Under the pieces are notes generated by a model, which worked only from the letters and a program-made list of their open reading frames with translations, searched no databases and was not told where the DNA came from. A stretch of DNA of 64,000 bases from Candidatus Entotheonellaceae bacterium (GTDB taxonomy: Bacteria > Tectomicrobia > Entotheonellia > Entotheonellales > Entotheonellaceae). Positions 51,201-61,163 of this stretch are shown in pieces. The stretch spans positions 2,432,001 through 2,496,000 of the forward strand of contig OZ250173.1 in the NCBI GenBank assembly GCA_965238075.1, given 5' to 3'. The position numbers and the translations under genes are program-made. How positions within the stretch are numbered: position 1 is the stretch's first letter; each line of letters opens with the position of its first letter.

Positions 51201-52295
51201 CTAAAACTCCGGCACCGTGAGTTCGTCGAGGTTGCCCAGGCGAATGGCCTCGCGTATCCGGCTCATGAGGCGCAGGTAATACGTCACGTTGTGCACCGTG
51301 TTGAGGTGCAGAGCCAGGATTTCGCCCGCCATGAACAAATGGCGCAGGTAGGCGCGCGAATGGTGCTGGCAGGTAAAACAATCGCAGTCGGGATCCAGCG
51401 GGCGCTCATCGGCGCGGTGGCGAGCGTTCTTGATCACCACCTTGCCGGTGGAGGTGAACAGGAATCCGTTGCGGGCGTTACGGGTCGGCAGAACGCAATC
51501 GAACATGTCGATGCCCAGGCGCACGGCGTGCAGGATGTCCTGCGGCTTGCCGACGCCCATCAGATAGCGCGGCTGCCGCTCAGGCAGTCGCTGAGCGGTG
51601 TGGGCCACCATGTCGTACATGACCGAACGGGCCTCGCCGACGCTGAGTCCGCCGATGGCATAGCCGTCGAAGCCGATGTCTTGCAGCTCCTTCGCGCTGG
51701 CGTCCCGCAGTGCCTTGTAGACGCTGCCCTGCACGATGCCGAAAAGCCCCCCGGCGCGCTTGCGTCCTGCCGCGTGGCAGCGTTGCGCCCAGCGCCCGGT
51801 CAGTTCCATGGACAGCCGCGCGCCGTCGTAGGTGACGGGGTAGGGCGTGCATTCGTCGAAGGCCATCATGATGTCGGAGCCCAGGGCCAGTTGGATGTCG
51901 ATGGCGCGCTCCGGCGTGAGCAGGTGCCGGGAGCCGTCAACGTGGGACTGGAAGGTCACGCCGTTTTCGGAAACGCGCGCCAGGCTGCTCAGGCTGAAAA
52001 CCTGAAAGCCGCCGCTGTCGGTGAGGATGGGCAGGCGCCAGCCCATGAATTCGTGCAGCCCGCCGAGGCTGCGGATGAGCTCGTGGCCGGGACGCAGGTA
52101 GAGGTGATAGGTGTTGCCGAGGATGATCGAGGCGCCGCAGGCGAGCAAGTCGCTGCTGCGCAGGGCTTTTACGGTTGCCTGCGTGCCCACCGGCATGAAC
52201 ACGGGCGTGTCGATCATGCCGTGCGGGGTTTCCAGGCGCCCGAGGCGGGCCTGGCTGCGTGGGTCGTGGGCGACGACATCGAACGTCAGTGGCAC
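51201..52295 (-). CDS. tgt: tRNA-guanine transglycosylase
   Basis: TPVFMPVGT, NTYHL, LTDSGGFQVFSL, DMFDCVLPTR and CDC..C. Confidence 0.95.
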   Translation of the reverse strand: MPLTFDVVAHDPRSQARLGRLETPHGMIDTPVFMPVGTQATVKALRSSDLLACGASIILGNTYHLYLRPGHELIRSLGGLHEFMGWRLPILTDSGGFQVFSLSSLARVSENGVTFQSHVDGSRHLLTPERAIDIQLALGSDIMMAFDECTPYPVTYDGARLSMELTGRWAQRCHAAGRKRAGGLFGIVQGSVYKALRDASAKELQDIGFDGYAIGGLSVGEARSVMYDMVAHTAQRLPERQPRYLMGVGKPQDILHAVRLGIDMFDCVLPTRNARNGFLFTSTGKVVIKNARHRADERPLDPDCDCFTCQHHSRAYLRHLFMAGEILALHLNTVHNVTYYLRLMSRIREAIRLGNLDELTVPEF

Positions 52296-52297
52296 GG

Positions 52298-53488
52298 TCA
52301 GGCCTCCGATCCGACGTAGCGTCTCGGCACCTGCTGGCCGACGGCGCACAGCACTTCGTAGGGGATACGATCGCATCGTTCCGCCATGTCGTCCACCGTC
52401 AGGCGGTCTCGCTCCTGGGCACCGATCAGAACGACCACATCTCCCACCTGCGCCTGCGGTACATCGGTGAGATCAATTACGCATAGGCCCATGCAGACGC
52501 GACCCACGATGGGCGCCCGCCGGCCGCGAATCAGCACCTCGCCGACGTTCGACAAGCCGCGGTCCAACCCGTCAGCATAGCCCACCGGCAACGTTCCGAG
52601 ACGGCTGGGGCGCTGCGTAACGAAGCTGTGGCCGTAACTCACGCCGATGCCGGCCGGCACGCCCTGAATGCGGATCAGGCGGGTCGCCCACCGCATGACC
52701 GGGCGCAACCCGCAGGCCCGACGGGAAGGGAAGGGGTGCGACCCGTACAGGGAAATGCCCGGACGCACGAGGTTCCCGTGGCTCTCGGGGTACCGGAATA
52801 TGCCGGCGCTCCCGGCGGCGTGAACGTAGCGCGGCTTGACGCCCCGGGCCGCAGCCGCCTGCAGCACGCCGCGGAAGTCGTCCAGTTGACGCCGCACCCC
52901 GCTGTCGCCATCAGACGCATCGGCGGTAGCCAAGTGCGTCATCACGCCTTGCAGGTGGAGATGCGGCCGTTTGCCGAGCTTGCTGAAAAAGGCCGCGCAG
53001 TCCTGCGGCAGCAGCCCGTAGCGGCTCATGCCGGTGTCGACTTTCAGGTGCATGGGATAGGTGAGTCGGCGGCGGGCGGCTTCGCGGTTCAGCCGGTCGG
53101 CGTCCTCGCAGCGTCCGACGGTGGGCGTCAGGCGGTGCTGAACGAGGGCGTCGATCTCCTCCGGCCAGGTAGGCCCCAGCACCAGGATCGGCGCCCGGAT
53201 GCCTTGCTGGCGCAGCGAGACGCCCTCCAGGCAGCGGGCCACGCCGAGCCATGTGGCGCCGTTTGCCAAGGCAGCCTCGGCCAGGACGGCGGCGCCGTGT
53301 CCGTAGGCGTCGGCCTTGACCACGGCCATGATTTCGCAATCAGGTTGCAAACAGTCCCGAACGGTGCGGAGGTTGTGGGCAAAGGCATCGACGTCGATCT
53401 CGGCCACCGCCGGGGGGGCGCCTGCCGGGAGGCAGGGTGTTGCGGTCAGGGAGTCGCCGCTATCCCCTATCCACGCTTCAGCCGTCAC
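52298..53488 (-). CDS. alr: Alanine racemase (start approximate)
   Basis: AVVKADAYGHG, HLKVDTGMSRYG, VRPGI.LYG, VSYG and GYADG. Confidence 0.92.
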   Translation of the reverse strand: MTAEAWIGDSGDSLTATPCLPAGAPPAVAEIDVDAFAHNLRTVRDCLQPDCEIMAVVKADAYGHGAAVLAEAALANGATWLGVARCLEGVSLRQQGIRAPILVLGPTWPEEIDALVQHRLTPTVGRCEDADRLNREAARRRLTYPMHLKVDTGMSRYGLLPQDCAAFFSKLGKRPHLHLQGVMTHLATADASDGDSGVRRQLDDFRGVLQAAAARGVKPRYVHAAGSAGIFRYPESHGNLVRPGISLYGSHPFPSRRACGLRPVMRWATRLIRIQGVPAGIGVSYGHSFVTQRPSRLGTLPVGYADGLDRGLSNVGEVLIRGRRAPIVGRVCMGLCVIDLTDVPQAQVGDVVVLIGAQERDRLTVDDMAERCDRIPYEVLCAVGQQVPRRYVGSEA

Positions 53489-53489
53489 G

Positions 53490-54845
53490 TTAATAATCGC
53501 CCTGCCGCGCGAGATTATCGAAGCGCGTGAACTCGCCGCGAAACGCCAGGCGTAGCGTTCCGGTCGGCCCATTGCGGTGCTTGGCGATGTTGACCTCCGC
53601 CACGCCGCGTTCGTCGCTGTCTTCGTTGTAGAGCTCGTCCCGATACAGCAGCGCCACCACGTCGGCGTCCTGCTCGATGGCGCCAGATTCTCGCAGATCG
53701 GACAGTTGCGGTTTGGGAGGCTTTCTCTGTTCTACGGCGCGGCTGAGCTGAGACAGAGCGATCACGGGCACATGGAGCTCGCGGGCCAGAGCTTTGAGGG
53801 CGCGGGTGATGTCGGAGATTTCCTGTTGGCGGTTTTCAGCGCGGGAACGGCCTTGCATGAGTTGCAGATAATCGACGATGACGAGTCCGAGGTCTCCCTG
53901 TTCGGCACGCAGTCGGCGGGCCTTGGCGCGGATGTCCAGCGCCGTTTGCATGGGGGTGTCGTCGATGTAGATGTTGGCCTGGCCGGAGAGATCCCCGGCC
54001 GCCGTGGTCAGCAGGCTCCAATCGCTGCCGGCCAGAAACCCGGTGCGCAGCTTGGCGGAATCCACCTTCGCCTCGGCGCACAGCATACGCAGGGCCAGTT
54101 GTTCCTTCGACATTTCGAGGCTGAAAACGGCGATTGGTTTGCCCGTCCGCATGCCTGCATAGGCGGCGATGTTCAGGGCGAGGGTGGTTTTGCCCATGCT
54201 GGGCCGCCCGGCGATGACGATCAGGTCGGAGGACTGCAGGCCGGCTGTCTGCCGGTCGAGATCGCTGAAACCGGTGGGCAGACCGGTAATCGGTTCCTTG
54301 CGCGCTGACAGGCTTTCCAACTGCCGGAAGCTGTCTTTCAGGACGCTCTGGAGATCAACGAAGCCGGAGGTGGCCTTGCCTTGGCTGATTTCGAGGATCG
54401 ACCGTTCGGCGCGATCGAGCAGCACGGCCACGTCCTCGTCCGCCTCGTAGCTGTCCGCCACGATGGTGGTGGCTGTGCGGATGAGGGCGCGCAGGACGCT
54501 CTTTTCCCGCACCACGCGGGCGTGGTAATCGATGTGTGCAGCGGTCGGCACCAATTCGACGAGTTCCGCCAAGTAGGCGGGGCCACCGATCGCGTCGAGG
54601 CGGTTTTTCTTTTTCAGCCACTCGTTGACGGTGAGAACGTCAATGGGAACATTTTCCTGGAAGAGGTCGAGCATGGCGCGGAACAGCCAGCGGTGGGCGT
54701 CGTGGTAGAAGTCCTCTTCCTGCAGCGTGTCCGCAAGCCGGACGATCGCGTCGTTATTTTGCAGGATCGCGCCCAGAATGCTCTGTTCCATCTCCACATT
54801 CTGGGGCGGCAGTTTTTGGAGAGCGATGGACTGTCCGTTGTCCAT
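53490..54845 (-). CDS. dnaB: Replicative DNA helicase
   Basis: GRPSMGKT, FSLEM, VDYLQL, LSQLSR, DLRESGAIEQDAD and KHRNGPTG. Confidence 0.96.
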   Translation of the reverse strand: MDNGQSIALQKLPPQNVEMEQSILGAILQNNDAIVRLADTLQEEDFYHDAHRWLFRAMLDLFQENVPIDVLTVNEWLKKKNRLDAIGGPAYLAELVELVPTAAHIDYHARVVREKSVLRALIRTATTIVADSYEADEDVAVLLDRAERSILEISQGKATSGFVDLQSVLKDSFRQLESLSARKEPITGLPTGFSDLDRQTAGLQSSDLIVIAGRPSMGKTTLALNIAAYAGMRTGKPIAVFSLEMSKEQLALRMLCAEAKVDSAKLRTGFLAGSDWSLLTTAAGDLSGQANIYIDDTPMQTALDIRAKARRLRAEQGDLGLVIVDYLQLMQGRSRAENRQQEISDITRALKALARELHVPVIALSQLSRAVEQRKPPKPQLSDLRESGAIEQDADVVALLYRDELYNEDSDERGVAEVNIAKHRNGPTGTLRLAFRGEFTRFDNLARQGDY

Positions 54846-54856
54846 GACGGCACGCC

Positions 54857-55303
54857 TCACGCTTCTGCAACGACGGTTACCTTCAGGTCGGCTGACACCG
54901 ACGCCGGCAGACGAACGGGTACGGCGAATTCGCCGAGGCTCTTCAGCGGCTGGTCGAGTTCAATGTTGCGGCGATCAATAGTGAAGCCGGCTTCCTTGAG
55001 TTGCTCGGCGATATCCATCGTCGTCACCGAGCCGAACAACTTGCCCTCCTCGCCGGCCTTGCGGGTGAAGCTGAATTGCAAGGCTCGCAATTGTTCGGCC
55101 AGCGTGGCCGCTTCCAGCCGGACACGGGCGATGTGGTTTTCGCGCAGATGCTGTTCATGGGCCAGTTGGCGTGCATTTCTGGCCGTGGCCGCGATGGCCA
55201 GGCCGCGCGGCAGGAGATAGTTGCGGCCGTAGCCTTCGGCCACCTCGACGACATCGCCGATCTCGCCCAGATGTTCCACTTCATGCAGCAGAATGACTTT
55301 CAT
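54857..55303 (-). CDS. rplI: 50S ribosomal protein L9
   Basis: MKVIL..GYGRNYLLP and KLFGSVT. Confidence 0.95.
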   Translation of the reverse strand: MKVILLHEVEHLGEIGDVVEVAEGYGRNYLLPRGLAIAATARNARQLAHEQHLRENHIARVRLEAATLAEQLRALQFSFTRKAGEEGKLFGSVTTMDIAEQLKEAGFTIDRRNIELDQPLKSLGEFAVPVRLPASVSADLKVTVVAEA

Positions 55304-55378
55304 GATTATGCCTCCTTACGATTCAGGGATTCGGACATTATAGCAACAGTCGAGTCGTTGTCTGCCGGACTGTCAGGG

Positions 55379-56317
55379 TCAATGCTCCGGTAGTTGACGG
55401 CGTTGGCGCCGGAAATCGACCCACAGATCGAACAAGCCCGCAGCGGTGCACGCCAGCATGCAAAGCGGGGCCGCCAGTAGGAAAGCCAGGATGGCCAGCA
55501 GCCAGCACGCCGCGGAAGGGAGCGGCAGGCGGCGCCCCCAGTAAACCAAAATGGCCAGACCTTGTATGAAATAGAGCGCCAGGGTGACGAGAAAGACGTT
55601 CAGGCCGATGTAGTTGAGCACCGGCGCCGGCAGGAACAGGGCGACGCCGCTGGCCAGAAATACCCATACCAGGTAATCCGTTGCGCGCCAATCGGCGATG
55701 TCCGCCGGTGCGAAGGGTATCGGCGGCTCTTGGTGCTGCAAGTAGCGCCGTGCGAGGAGATAGTTCAACACGTTGGGAAAGAGGAAGTTGACGGCGCACA
55801 CGGCAGGCAGCACGGCAGCCATGGTGCGCAGGAACGCCTCGAGCGCGGCGGCCATGGCCTCCTCGTTCCGCAGGCCCTCCATCTGCCGCAACTGCTCGTA
55901 CAGCCCGTCCGCCATTTGTTCGAACATGTGGATCAGATAGGCGTGCGGCGTTTGCTGGGCCATGGCGCTTACGAACAGCAGCACCACGGCGCCAATGCCG
56001 ATTGGCAGGGCGACGCTCCAGGAAATGGTGCGCGAAGCCGTGTAGCCCATCCGCATGGCCGCGCCGAGCGTCAGCCCCACCACGCTGTACTGTGCCAAGA
56101 GCAACAGGCTTGGCAGCGCCGTGATGACGAGCAGAACGCCCGCCTGCAGGCCGATGAGCCACAGCACGTGACGCCACGGATACTTCACCGCCAGAATGGT
56201 GATGGGGAACGGGCCTAACAGGGTCGGAAACAACCATTCAAGCGGCGCAAATGTCGGGAGCAAGACCAGGACCAGAGACAGCCCGGCCAGCACTGGCAAC
56301 TCCGTGTTGCGGCTCAC
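55379..56317 (-). CDS. DUF2232/YybS family membrane protein
   Basis: Multi-TM protein with YFIQGLA and GLFDLWVDFR; lies between rpsR and rplI. Confidence 0.85.
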   Translation of the reverse strand: MSRNTELPVLAGLSLVLVLLPTFAPLEWLFPTLLGPFPITILAVKYPWRHVLWLIGLQAGVLLVITALPSLLLLAQYSVVGLTLGAAMRMGYTASRTISWSVALPIGIGAVVLLFVSAMAQQTPHAYLIHMFEQMADGLYEQLRQMEGLRNEEAMAAALEAFLRTMAAVLPAVCAVNFLFPNVLNYLLARRYLQHQEPPIPFAPADIADWRATDYLVWVFLASGVALFLPAPVLNYIGLNVFLVTLALYFIQGLAILVYWGRRLPLPSAACWLLAILAFLLAAPLCMLACTAAGLFDLWVDFRRQRRQLPEH

Positions 56318-56378
56318 TGCGTGTTCCTTTCCTGCCCGACCGCCGCGTCACCAGGATGTCCCGCGTGTGCGCGGCGGA

Positions 56379-56639
56379 TTATTCGGCTGTAAAGGGGATC
56401 AGGGCAATATGGCGTGAACGCTTGATTGCTACCGTGAGCTGGCGTTGATGTCCCGCGCAGTTGCCGGAAATGCGCCGCGGGATGATTTTGCCTCGCTCGG
56501 TCACCAAGTTGCGCAGCCGCCGTATGTCCTTGTAATCGATGAACGTTACCTTGTCGGCGCAGAAACGGCATATTTTTTTGCGCAGGAAGCGCCGCCGCTT
56601 GCGTGCTGTCGCTTTCTTTCTCGAAGTGTTGACTGCCAT
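56379..56639 (-). CDS. rpsR: 30S ribosomal protein S18
   Basis: CRFC, IDYKD and [14 protein letters not shown]. Confidence 0.95.
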   Translation of the reverse strand: MAVNTSRKKATARKRRRFLRKKICRFCADKVTFIDYKDIRRLRNLVTERGKIIPRRISGNCAGHQRQLTVAIKRSRHIALIPFTAE

Positions 56640-56691
56640 GCTTGCCCTCTCTCGTAGGGGGTGGCCCCAAAAGGCCAGTATTTCCTGATAC

Positions 56692-57117
56692 TCAGAATGG
56701 AATGTCGTCGTCCTGCGGCGGTGCGATGTCGTCATCCCGGTTTGGAGGTGGTGCGCCACCCGCACTCTGACGACTGCCACCGTCCTGGCTGGCGCGCGGC
56801 ATGAGATTGACCCGTTCGGCGACGACGTCGAGCTTGCTGCGTCGTTGCCCGTTCTGGTCTTCCCAACTGCGAAACTGTAAACGACCTTCGATCAATACCG
56901 GACTGCCTTTGCTGAGGTACTGCCCGACGATCTCCGCCGATCTCGCGAAAGTGCTGATATCAACGAAACACACCTCTTCCTTTTGCTCGTCGCCCTGGCG
57001 ATAACGCCGGTTGACCGCCATACCAAAGGAGGCGACTGGAGTGCCGTTTGGGGTGTAGCGCATCTCGGGATCCCGGGTGAGATTTCCCAGCAGGATGACT
57101 TTATTGAAGCTCGTCAT
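56692..57117 (-). CDS. ssb: Single-stranded DNA-binding protein
   Basis: [14 protein letters not shown] and C-terminal DDIPF. Confidence 0.96.
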   Translation of the reverse strand: MTSFNKVILLGNLTRDPEMRYTPNGTPVASFGMAVNRRYRQGDEQKEEVCFVDISTFARSAEIVGQYLSKGSPVLIEGRLQFRSWEDQNGQRRSKLDVVAERVNLMPRASQDGGSRQSAGGAPPPNRDDDIAPPQDDDIPF

Positions 57118-57161
57118 GTCTCTGCCTCCATAGCTCGCCCCGGAGCTGATCCGGGGTTGAC

Positions 57162-57734
57162 CTAGCCGGTTGCTTCCTCGACCTCTTCGTCATCCGCCAC
57201 CGCATCCTCAGCCGCTTCCAGGCTGGCTTCCGGCTCTTCATCTCCCGCCGCCGTCACTTTGGGCGTCTCCGGCTCCTCGTCTGCCTCCGCTTTCATGTCG
57301 GGGGTCGGCTCATCGTCTTGAGCCGCGCGGCGGTCATCAAGAGTACCGCGGTACGAATCCGCGCGCCGTCCCATGCGTCGCCGATCTTCCCGACCATCGT
57401 CGTCGGGAAGGCGGGTGAAGCCGGTCATCTGTTCTTCTTTGTCGTAGCGTATGGAAATGTACCGCAAGACGCGGTCACTCAGGCGGTAGATACGCTCCAG
57501 TTCGAGGAGTGCGTTGGGAAGGGCGCGGAAATGGATGAGGTTGTAATAACCGTAGCGCTGCTTGCGGATAGGGTAGGCGAGGCGGCGCTTGCCGCCGCGT
57601 TCGATGCGGATCGTCTCCGATCCCCTGTCTTCGAGGATCTTATTGAGGCTCTGGACAGCCTCTTCCGCTTCCTCCTCCGTCAGTTCGGGGTGCAGGACGA
57701 AGATGGTCTCGTAGAGCACGGTTCGTGCGTTCAT
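57162..57734 (-). CDS. rpsF: 30S ribosomal protein S6 with acidic tail
   Basis: YETIFVLHP and GKRRLAYPI. Confidence 0.93.
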   Translation of the reverse strand: MNARTVLYETIFVLHPELTEEEAEEAVQSLNKILEDRGSETIRIERGGKRRLAYPIRKQRYGYYNLIHFRALPNALLELERIYRLSDRVLRYISIRYDKEEQMTGFTRLPDDDGREDRRRMGRRADSYRGTLDDRRAAQDDEPTPDMKAEADEEPETPKVTAAGDEEPEASLEAAEDAVADDEEVEEATG

Positions 57735-57795
57735 CAAATCTCCTTGTGGCTTGTAGCCCGCCATGGCGAGCAAGGAGTGGACCCTTTGTGGGGGC

Positions 57796-58359
57796 CTACG
57801 TTGTCGTGATATTCTCTCCCATGAGCGTCTCTGTCCGGTTGAGAAGATCTTCCAGCTTTTCTACCGCCTCGTCAATCATCACCTGACGAGCGTCTGCTTC
57901 CTCCGAGGAAAACGGGGACAGTACGTAGTCGATGACCTCTTCCTTGCGGGACGGCCGCCCGATACCCAGTCGCAAGCGGAGGTACTTGTCGCTCTGCAGG
58001 CATTGGGTAATGGAGCGAATGCCCCGGTGCCCGGCATCGCCCCCCTGTTCCTTGAGGCGCAATTTGCCTAAAGGCAGATCGATGTCGTCGTGAACAACGA
58101 CGAGCAACTCGTGGCGCCGCAGGTAGCGGCGCATCAGCGGCACGACCGCTTCGCCGCTGGCGTTCATAAAAGTTTGCGGCTTGGCCAGCAAGACCGCATG
58201 AGCGCCGACCCGGCCCACGCCGCAGACCGCCTCGAATTCCTGGCGCCGTACTGAAATGCCATGACGGTTGGCAAGGGCGTCGACGACGTCGTAGCCGATG
58301 TTATGACGGTGGTACCGGTAGCGCTGTCCGGGGTTGCCCAGGCCGACGATGACGTCCAC
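57796..58359 (-). CDS. pth: Peptidyl-tRNA hydrolase
   Basis: IVGLGNPG, RHNIG, KPQTFMNASG, VHDDID and GHRG. Confidence 0.94.
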   Translation of the reverse strand: MDVIVGLGNPGQRYRYHRHNIGYDVVDALANRHGISVRRQEFEAVCGVGRVGAHAVLLAKPQTFMNASGEAVVPLMRRYLRRHELLVVVHDDIDLPLGKLRLKEQGGDAGHRGIRSITQCLQSDKYLRLRLGIGRPSRKEEVIDYVLSPFSSEEADARQVMIDEAVEKLEDLLNRTETLMGENITTT

Positions 58360-58375
58360 GTGTGCGAGACAATCC

Positions 58376-59008
58376 CTACGCTTCAGCCGTGTCCTCGGCG
58401 GCCGATGTTTCCGTTTCGCCCTCTTCAGGAGCCTCACGACCCCCGCCGGTGGTATTCAGGGTAACGATGGCCGTTTCGGAATCCGTGATCAAGGTAACAC
58501 CATCGGGCAAGTCCAGGTTGCTGGCGTGGAGCGCTTGGTTGTCGGTCAGGGCGGCGAGGTCTATGCGGATGCTTTCGGGAATATCGCCCGGCAGACACTC
58601 GATTTCCACCTCGCGCAGAACCAGTGACGCTATCCTGTTGGCGGCCTTGAACTCGTCCGGTAGTTCGTTGATCGTTTCTAGACTGACTGTCACGCGAATG
58701 GGTTCGTTGGGATCAACGCGAAAAAAGTCGACGTGCAACGGCTCGCGCGTGACAGGATCAATTTGCACCTCGCGCAGGATGGCGTGGCACTGCTCCTCTT
58801 GCTCGCCGAGAAGATTCATGTCGAGGACGGCGTTGCCTCCGACCGCCGAGTGCCGGATTTCGCCCAGGGTGTCCGCTCCGATTGTCAGCGACGTGCTGTC
58901 GCCCTTGCCGTAAATGATAGCTGGCAGGCGTCCTTCGCGCCGAATCTGACGCGCTGACGACTTGCCGGTGCTTTGTCGTACGTGGGCCGTAACCCGTACC
59001 CTGTCCAT
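58376..59008 (-). CDS. rplY: 50S ribosomal protein L25/Ctc
   Basis: RREGRLPAIIYG and HVDF. Confidence 0.93.
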   Translation of the reverse strand: MDRVRVTAHVRQSTGKSSARQIRREGRLPAIIYGKGDSTSLTIGADTLGEIRHSAVGGNAVLDMNLLGEQEEQCHAILREVQIDPVTREPLHVDFFRVDPNEPIRVTVSLETINELPDEFKAANRIASLVLREVEIECLPGDIPESIRIDLAALTDNQALHASNLDLPDGVTLITDSETAIVTLNTTGGGREAPEEGETETSAAEDTAEA

Positions 59009-59086
59009 ACACAACCTCCTCTGGCTAGCAAGCTTTGTCCCGCCCACCCATGTACCGGCACTTGCGCCGCGTCGGCATCCATCTAT

Positions 59087-60031
59087 CTAATTGAACAACG
59101 AACTCACCGAATCGTCCGAATGGATTCGTTTAATGGCTTCGCCCAACAGGGGCGCAACCGACAAGACGTGCACGCGGGCCTCCTTATCGGCCTTGGCACC
59201 GAGCGGAATCGTATCCGTCACGGCAAGCTGCTGCAGGCCGGAAGATCCAAGGCGTTGCATAGCCGGGCCCGACAAAACCGCGTGAGCAGCGCCGGCAAAC
59301 ACCCGCCGCGCTCCAGCACGCAACAAGGCGGCCGTGGCCTCGACCAGCGTTCCCGCCGTGTCCACGATGTCGTCGGCGATCAGCACGTCGCGGTCCTTCA
59401 CCTCGCCGACGATGTGCATCACCTTGGCGATGTTCTTTTTGTCGCGGTCGCGGCGCTTGTCGATGATGGCGAGGGAGGCGTCCAGTCGCTTGGCGAATGC
59501 CGTGGCGCGTTCCACGCCGCCGGCGTCCGGCGCAATGATCGTCAAATTCTGGAATTGCTGCTGCTTGAAATGTTCGACGAGGACGGGGGCGGCGAAGAGG
59601 TGGTCGACCGGCATGTCGAAGTAGCCCTGGAGCTGGCCGGCGTGCAGATCAAGCGCCAATACCCGGTTTACCCCCGCAGCGGCGATCAGGTCGGCCACGA
59701 GCTTGGCGGTGATGGGTACTCGTGGGCGGTCCTTGCGATCCTGCCGTCCGTAGCCGAAATAGGGGATAACGGCCGTGATGCGCGCTGCTGAGGCCCGTCG
59801 GCAGGCATCAGCCATGATTAGCAACTCCATGAGGTGCTGGTTGACGGGCTGACACGTCGACTGCACCAAGAAAACGTCCTGTCCGCGGATGTTCTCCTGG
59901 ATTTGCACGAAGACTTCGCCGTCGCTGAAGTCGGACACCTCAATGCGACCGGGCTCGATCTGCAGATACTCACAAATTCCACAGGCCAATCGTGGATTGG
60001 CGCGTCCCGTGAAAAGCCGCAAATCTTTCAA
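59087..60031 (-). CDS. prs: Ribose-phosphate pyrophosphokinase (TTG start)
   Basis: FSDGE, PYFGYGRQDR, DLHA, PDAGG and DDIVDTAGT. Confidence 0.96.
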   Translation of the reverse strand: MKDLRLFTGRANPRLACGICEYLQIEPGRIEVSDFSDGEVFVQIQENIRGQDVFLVQSTCQPVNQHLMELLIMADACRRASAARITAVIPYFGYGRQDRKDRPRVPITAKLVADLIAAAGVNRVLALDLHAGQLQGYFDMPVDHLFAAPVLVEHFKQQQFQNLTIIAPDAGGVERATAFAKRLDASLAIIDKRRDRDKKNIAKVMHIVGEVKDRDVLIADDIVDTAGTLVEATAALLRAGARRVFAGAAHAVLSGPAMQRLGSSGLQQLAVTDTIPLGAKADKEARVHVLSVAPLLGEAIKRIHSDDSVSSLFN

Positions 60032-60117
60032 CTCTTTTCACCTTAAAGAGATAGCCGTAGGGCTATTACCTTGGAAACATGGGTTGTTCAGGAAGCAGGG
60101 AAGGAAGGAAAAACAGA

Positions 60118-60189
60118 CTGGGGCGGGAGGATTCGAACCTCCGAATGCAGGTTCCAAAGACCTGTGTCTTACCGCTTGACGACGCCCCA
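60118..60189 (-). tRNA. tRNA-Gln (TTG), CCA not encoded
   Basis: TGGGGCG acceptor stem, anticodon arm CAGGT-CTTTGGA-ACCTG and T-loop GGTTCGAATCC; canonical position between ispE and prs. Confidence 0.95.
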
Positions 60190-60244
60190 TTTGACAGGAG
60201 ACACGCCGCGAAGCTGAACGCGCCGTCCTTCTCGCTTTACGCTA

Positions 60245-61123
60245 CTAATGCTGTTCAGGATCACCCGCACTGTCGCTGCGCCATGTCTGGCATGCCCACA
60301 CCTGCCAGCCCTGATTCCGTACCGTTTGAGCCACTTCCTGCGCAACGTCGTATGAACGGCATAATGCGTACATTGTTGGCCCACTCCCCGACATACTTAC
60401 ACCATACACGCCTGGTTGGGTCAAGGCTCTTTTGATGGTGCGGAGGACAGGAAAGTGCATCAGCATAACGGGTTCGAAATCGTTAAAGCATCCCTTTCCC
60501 AGACTCTCAATGTCGCCCGATTCGAGATGGTGAGCGAGAATGGTAGTCGCGTCGGCGTTGTCTGTCAACGCCAAATCAAGTTGACGGTAGGCCCAGGCGG
60601 TGGACACCGTCACGGGTGGCTTGACGAGTACGAGAGACAACACCGCCGGGCAGGAGAGGGGTTCGACCTCGTCGCCCCGGCCGCGTCCGAGGGCCGCCAC
60701 GTCCGGCAGAAGGAAGAACGGCACGTCAGCGCCGATTGCGGCAGCGTGTCGGGCCAGCTCAGCCGGGGCCAACTGGAGATTCCACAGGGCGTTGAGGCCG
60801 CTGAGGGCCGTCGCCGCGTCGCTGCTGCCGCCACCGAGACCGGCGGCAACGGGAATGAATTTGCGCAGGCTGAAACGAGCGCCGCGCCCCGGCGCTGCTT
60901 GTTGCAGAGCCGTGGCCGCTCGGTGCACGAGATTGCGCGAATCGTTCGGAATGTTGGGGTCGTCGCAGTGAACGGTGATATCCGGCCTGTTCGTGTCGTC
61001 GATGCCTAGCTTGTCGGCGAGGGATATCTTGAGGAAGATAGTGGAGATGTCGTGGTAGCCATCGGGCCGGCGTCTACGCACGGCCAAGCCAAGGTTGATT
61101 TTAGCCGGCGCGGAAAAAATCAC
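60245..61123 (-). CDS. ispE: 4-diphosphocytidyl-2-C-methyl-D-erythritol kinase
   Basis: APAKINLGL, DGYH, GLGGGSSDAA, GADVPFF and MSGSGPT. Confidence 0.95.
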   Translation of the reverse strand: MIFSAPAKINLGLAVRRRRPDGYHDISTIFLKISLADKLGIDDTNRPDITVHCDDPNIPNDSRNLVHRAATALQQAAPGRGARFSLRKFIPVAAGLGGGSSDAATALSGLNALWNLQLAPAELARHAAAIGADVPFFLLPDVAALGRGRGDEVEPLSCPAVLSLVLVKPPVTVSTAWAYRQLDLALTDNADATTILAHHLESGDIESLGKGCFNDFEPVMLMHFPVLRTIKRALTQPGVYGVSMSGSGPTMYALCRSYDVAQEVAQTVRNQGWQVWACQTWRSDSAGDPEQH

Positions 61124-61163
61124 GATACCTGTATCATTTCTGCGTCAGTGGCGTGGCCGGGTT

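Noticed and set aside
57162-57400. Long acidic C-terminal tail of S6
   Set aside because: Acidic S6 extensions are common.
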